Below are positions 60,333 to 64,000 of a stretch of DNA of 64,000 nt, in pieces. The stretch is from NCBI GenBank assembly GCA_025786725.1, contig JAHLTZ010000017.1:62001-126000 (forward strand), written 5' to 3'. The notes under the pieces were generated by a model. It was not told the origin of the DNA and made no database searches. It saw only the letters and a program-made list of their open reading frames with translations. Source of the stretch: Syncephalis fuscata S228. Its lineage: Eukaryota > Fungi > Zoopagomycota. Every line of letters begins with the position of its first letter. Positions within the stretch are counted from its first letter, which is position 1. The position numbers and the translations under genes were made by a program.

Positions 60333-60597
60333 TGTTAATTTTGAAGCAAATATGATAACCAGCCTATTTTATTCTATAATTCAGTTTGAACAGTTATAGT
60401 TTGACTCGATCAGGTAAGGATTGACGTGGCAGCTAGAATCGTCTTTTCCGTCGCTACTACTTCTCGTCTTCACACGCACACATACTCATCAGTTAAACAT
60501 CCCTTTGCCAAACAAAGCCTATGTTTGGTTATTCTACATATCCATAGTTTATCTTTATAAATTCTACTGATCGATTCTATTAAACGGTTAGCTGAAC

Positions 60598-62878
60598 ATG
60601 TTGTCGTTGACTACCGACAACCAGACACGCTTATTGCGCGTGATTATTCTGGCAAGCATTGCTCTCGTAGCCTTTGCTTCGCGTCTCTTCTCTGTTATTC
60701 GTTACGAATCGGTCATCCACGAGTTTGATCCTTGGTTCAACTATCGCACCACTCGCTACCTTGTAGAGCATGATCTACATCAGTTTTGGAACTGGTTCGA
60801 TGAGACAAGCTGGTATCCGCTAGGCCGTATTGTAGGCGGTACACTTTATCCAGGTCTAATGATTACGGCAGCAGCCTTTTGGAATACACTGCACACCATT
60901 GGATTACCCGTTGATATCCGTAATGTATGTGTATTTATGGCGCCAATCTTCTCTGGTCTATGTGCTGTAGCAACCTATCTTGTCGCAAAGGAACTTAAAG
61001 ATAGCCGAACAGGCTTGTTGGCTGCATTGTTTATTGGTGTTGCACCTGGCTACATCTCTCGATCAGTTGCCGGCTCCTATGACTATGAAGGTATTGCCAT
61101 CTTTCAAATGATGCTTACCTTTTACTTCTGGCTAAAGGCCGTAAAAACTGGATCAGCCTTCTTTGGCGGTCTTGCTGCCATTGCCTACTTTTACATGGTG
61201 TCAACCTGGGGCGGCTACGTATTTCCAATTAATCTTATTCCATTGCATGTGTTTGTTCTGCTACTTATGGGCCGGTTCTCGAATCGAGTCTATGTCGCCT
61301 ATTCCACGTTCTACGCTATTGGTACATTGTATTCAATGCAAATTCCATTTGTTGGTTTCCAGCCAACACGTACGAGCGAACACATGGCAGCACTTGGTGA
61401 GTAGTATTTCTGACTATATCTATTGATATATTTACATTTTATTAGGTATCTTTGGCTTAATTCAAATCGTCGCTTTTATACAGTTGGTACGCAGCCATCT
61501 GGCTAGCAAACAGTTCCGTACACTATTGCTAGTCTCAGTTGGTGTATCATTTGTATTGGCATTTGGTGCTTTGGTCTTTCTTACCATGCGTGGCTATATC
61601 GCACCATGGACTGGCCGTTTTTATTCGCTATGGGACACAGGATATGCCAAGAAACATATTCCAATTATTGCATCCGTTTCGGAACATCAGCCAACGCCAT
61701 GGACAAGCATCTTCTTCGACTTACAGCTACTTACTTTCCTATTCCCTGCTGGTGTATATTTCTGCTTCCGTACGCTAAAGGATGAGCATATATTTGTCGT
61801 GTTATTTGCTGCTGCTGCCACGTACTTTGCAGGTGTTATGATTCGTCTGGTACTTACATTGACCCCTGTAGTATGTGTGGCAGCTGCAATTGCCGTTTCC
61901 AATGTATTGGACGCGTATTTAAAGGCAGTACCAAAATCCGACAGCTCCACCGCGTCATCGACGCAAAATGTCAGTGCCGATGGCAAGTCGTCGACTTCTA
62001 ATACCGATAGTAAACGTACTCGTTCTTCATCAGTGTCTTCTGATGACTTGACGGAGAAAGGCTACGTTCGCAGCGAGCTATCCAAGCTGGGTACCGTTGC
62101 TGTCTTTGCCTATATGATGGTACAATTTGTCTGGCATTGTACATGGGTGACAAGCAGCTCTTATTCTTCGCCATCAATTATTCTTTCTTCATATACACCC
62201 GATGGCCGACAACATATTATTGATGATTTCCGTGAAGCATACTTTTGGCTGCAGGAAAATACGGCTCCTGATGCAAAGATTTTATCTTGGTGGGACTATG
62301 GCTATCAGATTGCCGGCATGGCCAATCGTACCGTGATTGTTGACAACAATACGTGGAATAACACGCATATTGCCACTGTAGGTTTGGCATTGGCATCTCC
62401 TGAACCAGTGGCGTATGATGTGATGCGCAAATTGGATGTTGACTATGTGCTTATCATTCATGGTTCCGTGTTGGGCTATAGCGGTGATGACATCAACAAG
62501 TTCCTATGGATGATCCGTATTGCACAGGGTGTGTATCCACATATGGTGCAAGAATCCGACTTTTACTCGGCCAAAGGACAGTACCGGGTTGATGGAGAAG
62601 CATCCAAGACCATGAAAGAAAGCTTAATGTTTAAGTTGAATTACTATCGTGTACATGAGCTATTTAACAACGGAGAAGCATGGGATCGTGTACGACAAAC
62701 GGGCGTAGATTCTAAAAACATTAAACTGTCTACAGTTGATGAAGTCTACACCAGTGAGAACTGGATTGTTCGCATCTACAAGCTAAAAAAGCCTGATAAT
62801 TTGGGCCGTCCGCTACAGGATGCAGCCGCTTTCGAGGAGAATCGTCGTAGAAAGCGCAAGATTGTGAAAAAGTATTAA
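60598..62878 (+). CDS. STT3: Oligosaccharyltransferase catalytic subunit Stt3 (one intron ~61397-61445)
   Basis: [63 protein letters not shown]. Confidence 0.97.
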
Positions 62879-62969
62879 GATGATTTAATGGCGATTTGCG
62901 AATAAATACATGGTTTATTTAATTGGCTGTCTTGTTTGTTTATGTTAATGCTATTATATTAACATTAAA

Positions 62970-64000
62970 CACTTTATTAGTCATTTAATGTAATTTGTGG
63001 GTAAATGACTAAATCTAATAACATTCGCGCAATTGAACTACACATTCAATCTATTGAACATAAAGATAAGTGGTGAATTTTATTAAATAATAAATTATTT
63101 AAATATATTGTTTGTTTGGTGGTCAAATGACTTATTTAATAACATCCAATTTATTGAACATGACGATGGGTGGTGAGTGACATCAACCATCAAATACTCA
63201 TTATTGTAGATTTATTATCTAGTACACATATATCCACCATTTATCTATATCATTTCCATTCTATTCCACACCACCATATATCATTCTACAATATACTAAA
63301 CACATTCTATTGTTTATATGTTCCATTACACTTCATTTATTCCATACATTGCATTATATGCACTATAGCTTTAACATCGTTTTATATGCCTTCTTACTGT
63401 AGATTTATTATTTCATATACCATTTTATACTCGCATAGTCTTCCTCTGTCCAAAACTACTTTTATTTTTGTTCTATCACTATTATTAATGAATGTTATTA
63501 AATGTAGTCATTTGGCCACCAAACAAACAATAAATGTAATGATTTAATTATTATTTTTTATCACCTGACTTCATGTTTAATAGAATAAGTATGTAGTTTA
63601 CTACTTAAATGTCATCAATATAATCATTTAATCCCCAAATTCCACTAAATGGTTAATAAATTGTTTAATGTACAAAAATATTAGCTTTATTTAATTAATA
63701 AATAAGTTAATATATACAATATGATAGTGCAGGTTATAAATTGAATAAAATTGTACATAAAAAGACAATGAATAAACTAAAGTATTAATGAAAGAGTTGT
63801 TCAAAGGTGGAATAAAAGAAACAATAGAAATCGATTGTATAAAAGCAAATATAATGATGGAATATGCCATCAGTAAAACAATGAATGTAATAGGAAAATA
63901 CATGAACAATAAAGACAAGCATAATCATGGAACAGTGTCAACAGTGAAACAATGGTTGTAATAAAAATAGTAAATGACAAACAATAAAATACGTTTAATC
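62970..64000 (+). mobile_element. Copy of the repeat family running off the window end
   Basis: 63020-63485 matches 58095-58560; 63190-64000 matches 47700-48512. Confidence 0.75.

Overview
AT-rich, intron-dense eukaryotic DNA with short (mostly ~45-90 nt) GT-AG introns. The gene set and style fit an early-diverging fungus; a Zoopagomycota/Syncephalis-like genome is my guess, not shown. Housekeeping genes: GPI7/PIGG, an MFS transporter, a Sac2/INPP5F-type phosphatase, RSP5, RIX7, mitochondrial uL3m, UPF0538/C2orf76, PABPN1, SWC4, UPS2/PRELI, NDC1, an Nrg1-like C2H2 factor, a ZNF511-like gene and STT3. There is also a modular AT-rich foldback/MITE-like repeat family. The main discovery is at 8549-11005, invisible in the ORF track: a 30-exon secreted-peptide gene with 25 consecutive 3-nt exons separated by homologous ~80-nt phase-1 introns, so every codon of its cysteine-rich domain is split by an intron. 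Spliced by hand it reads as a 75-aa signal/pro/6-Cys toxin-like precursor. Other notable items are a 5S rRNA-tRNA(Asp) tandem with no terminator between the genes, a secreted oligopeptidase-B homolog lacking its catalytic residues, and a coiled-coil gene resembling metazoan ICE1. Several genes have single-base deletions in short homopolymers that look like long-read consensus errors.
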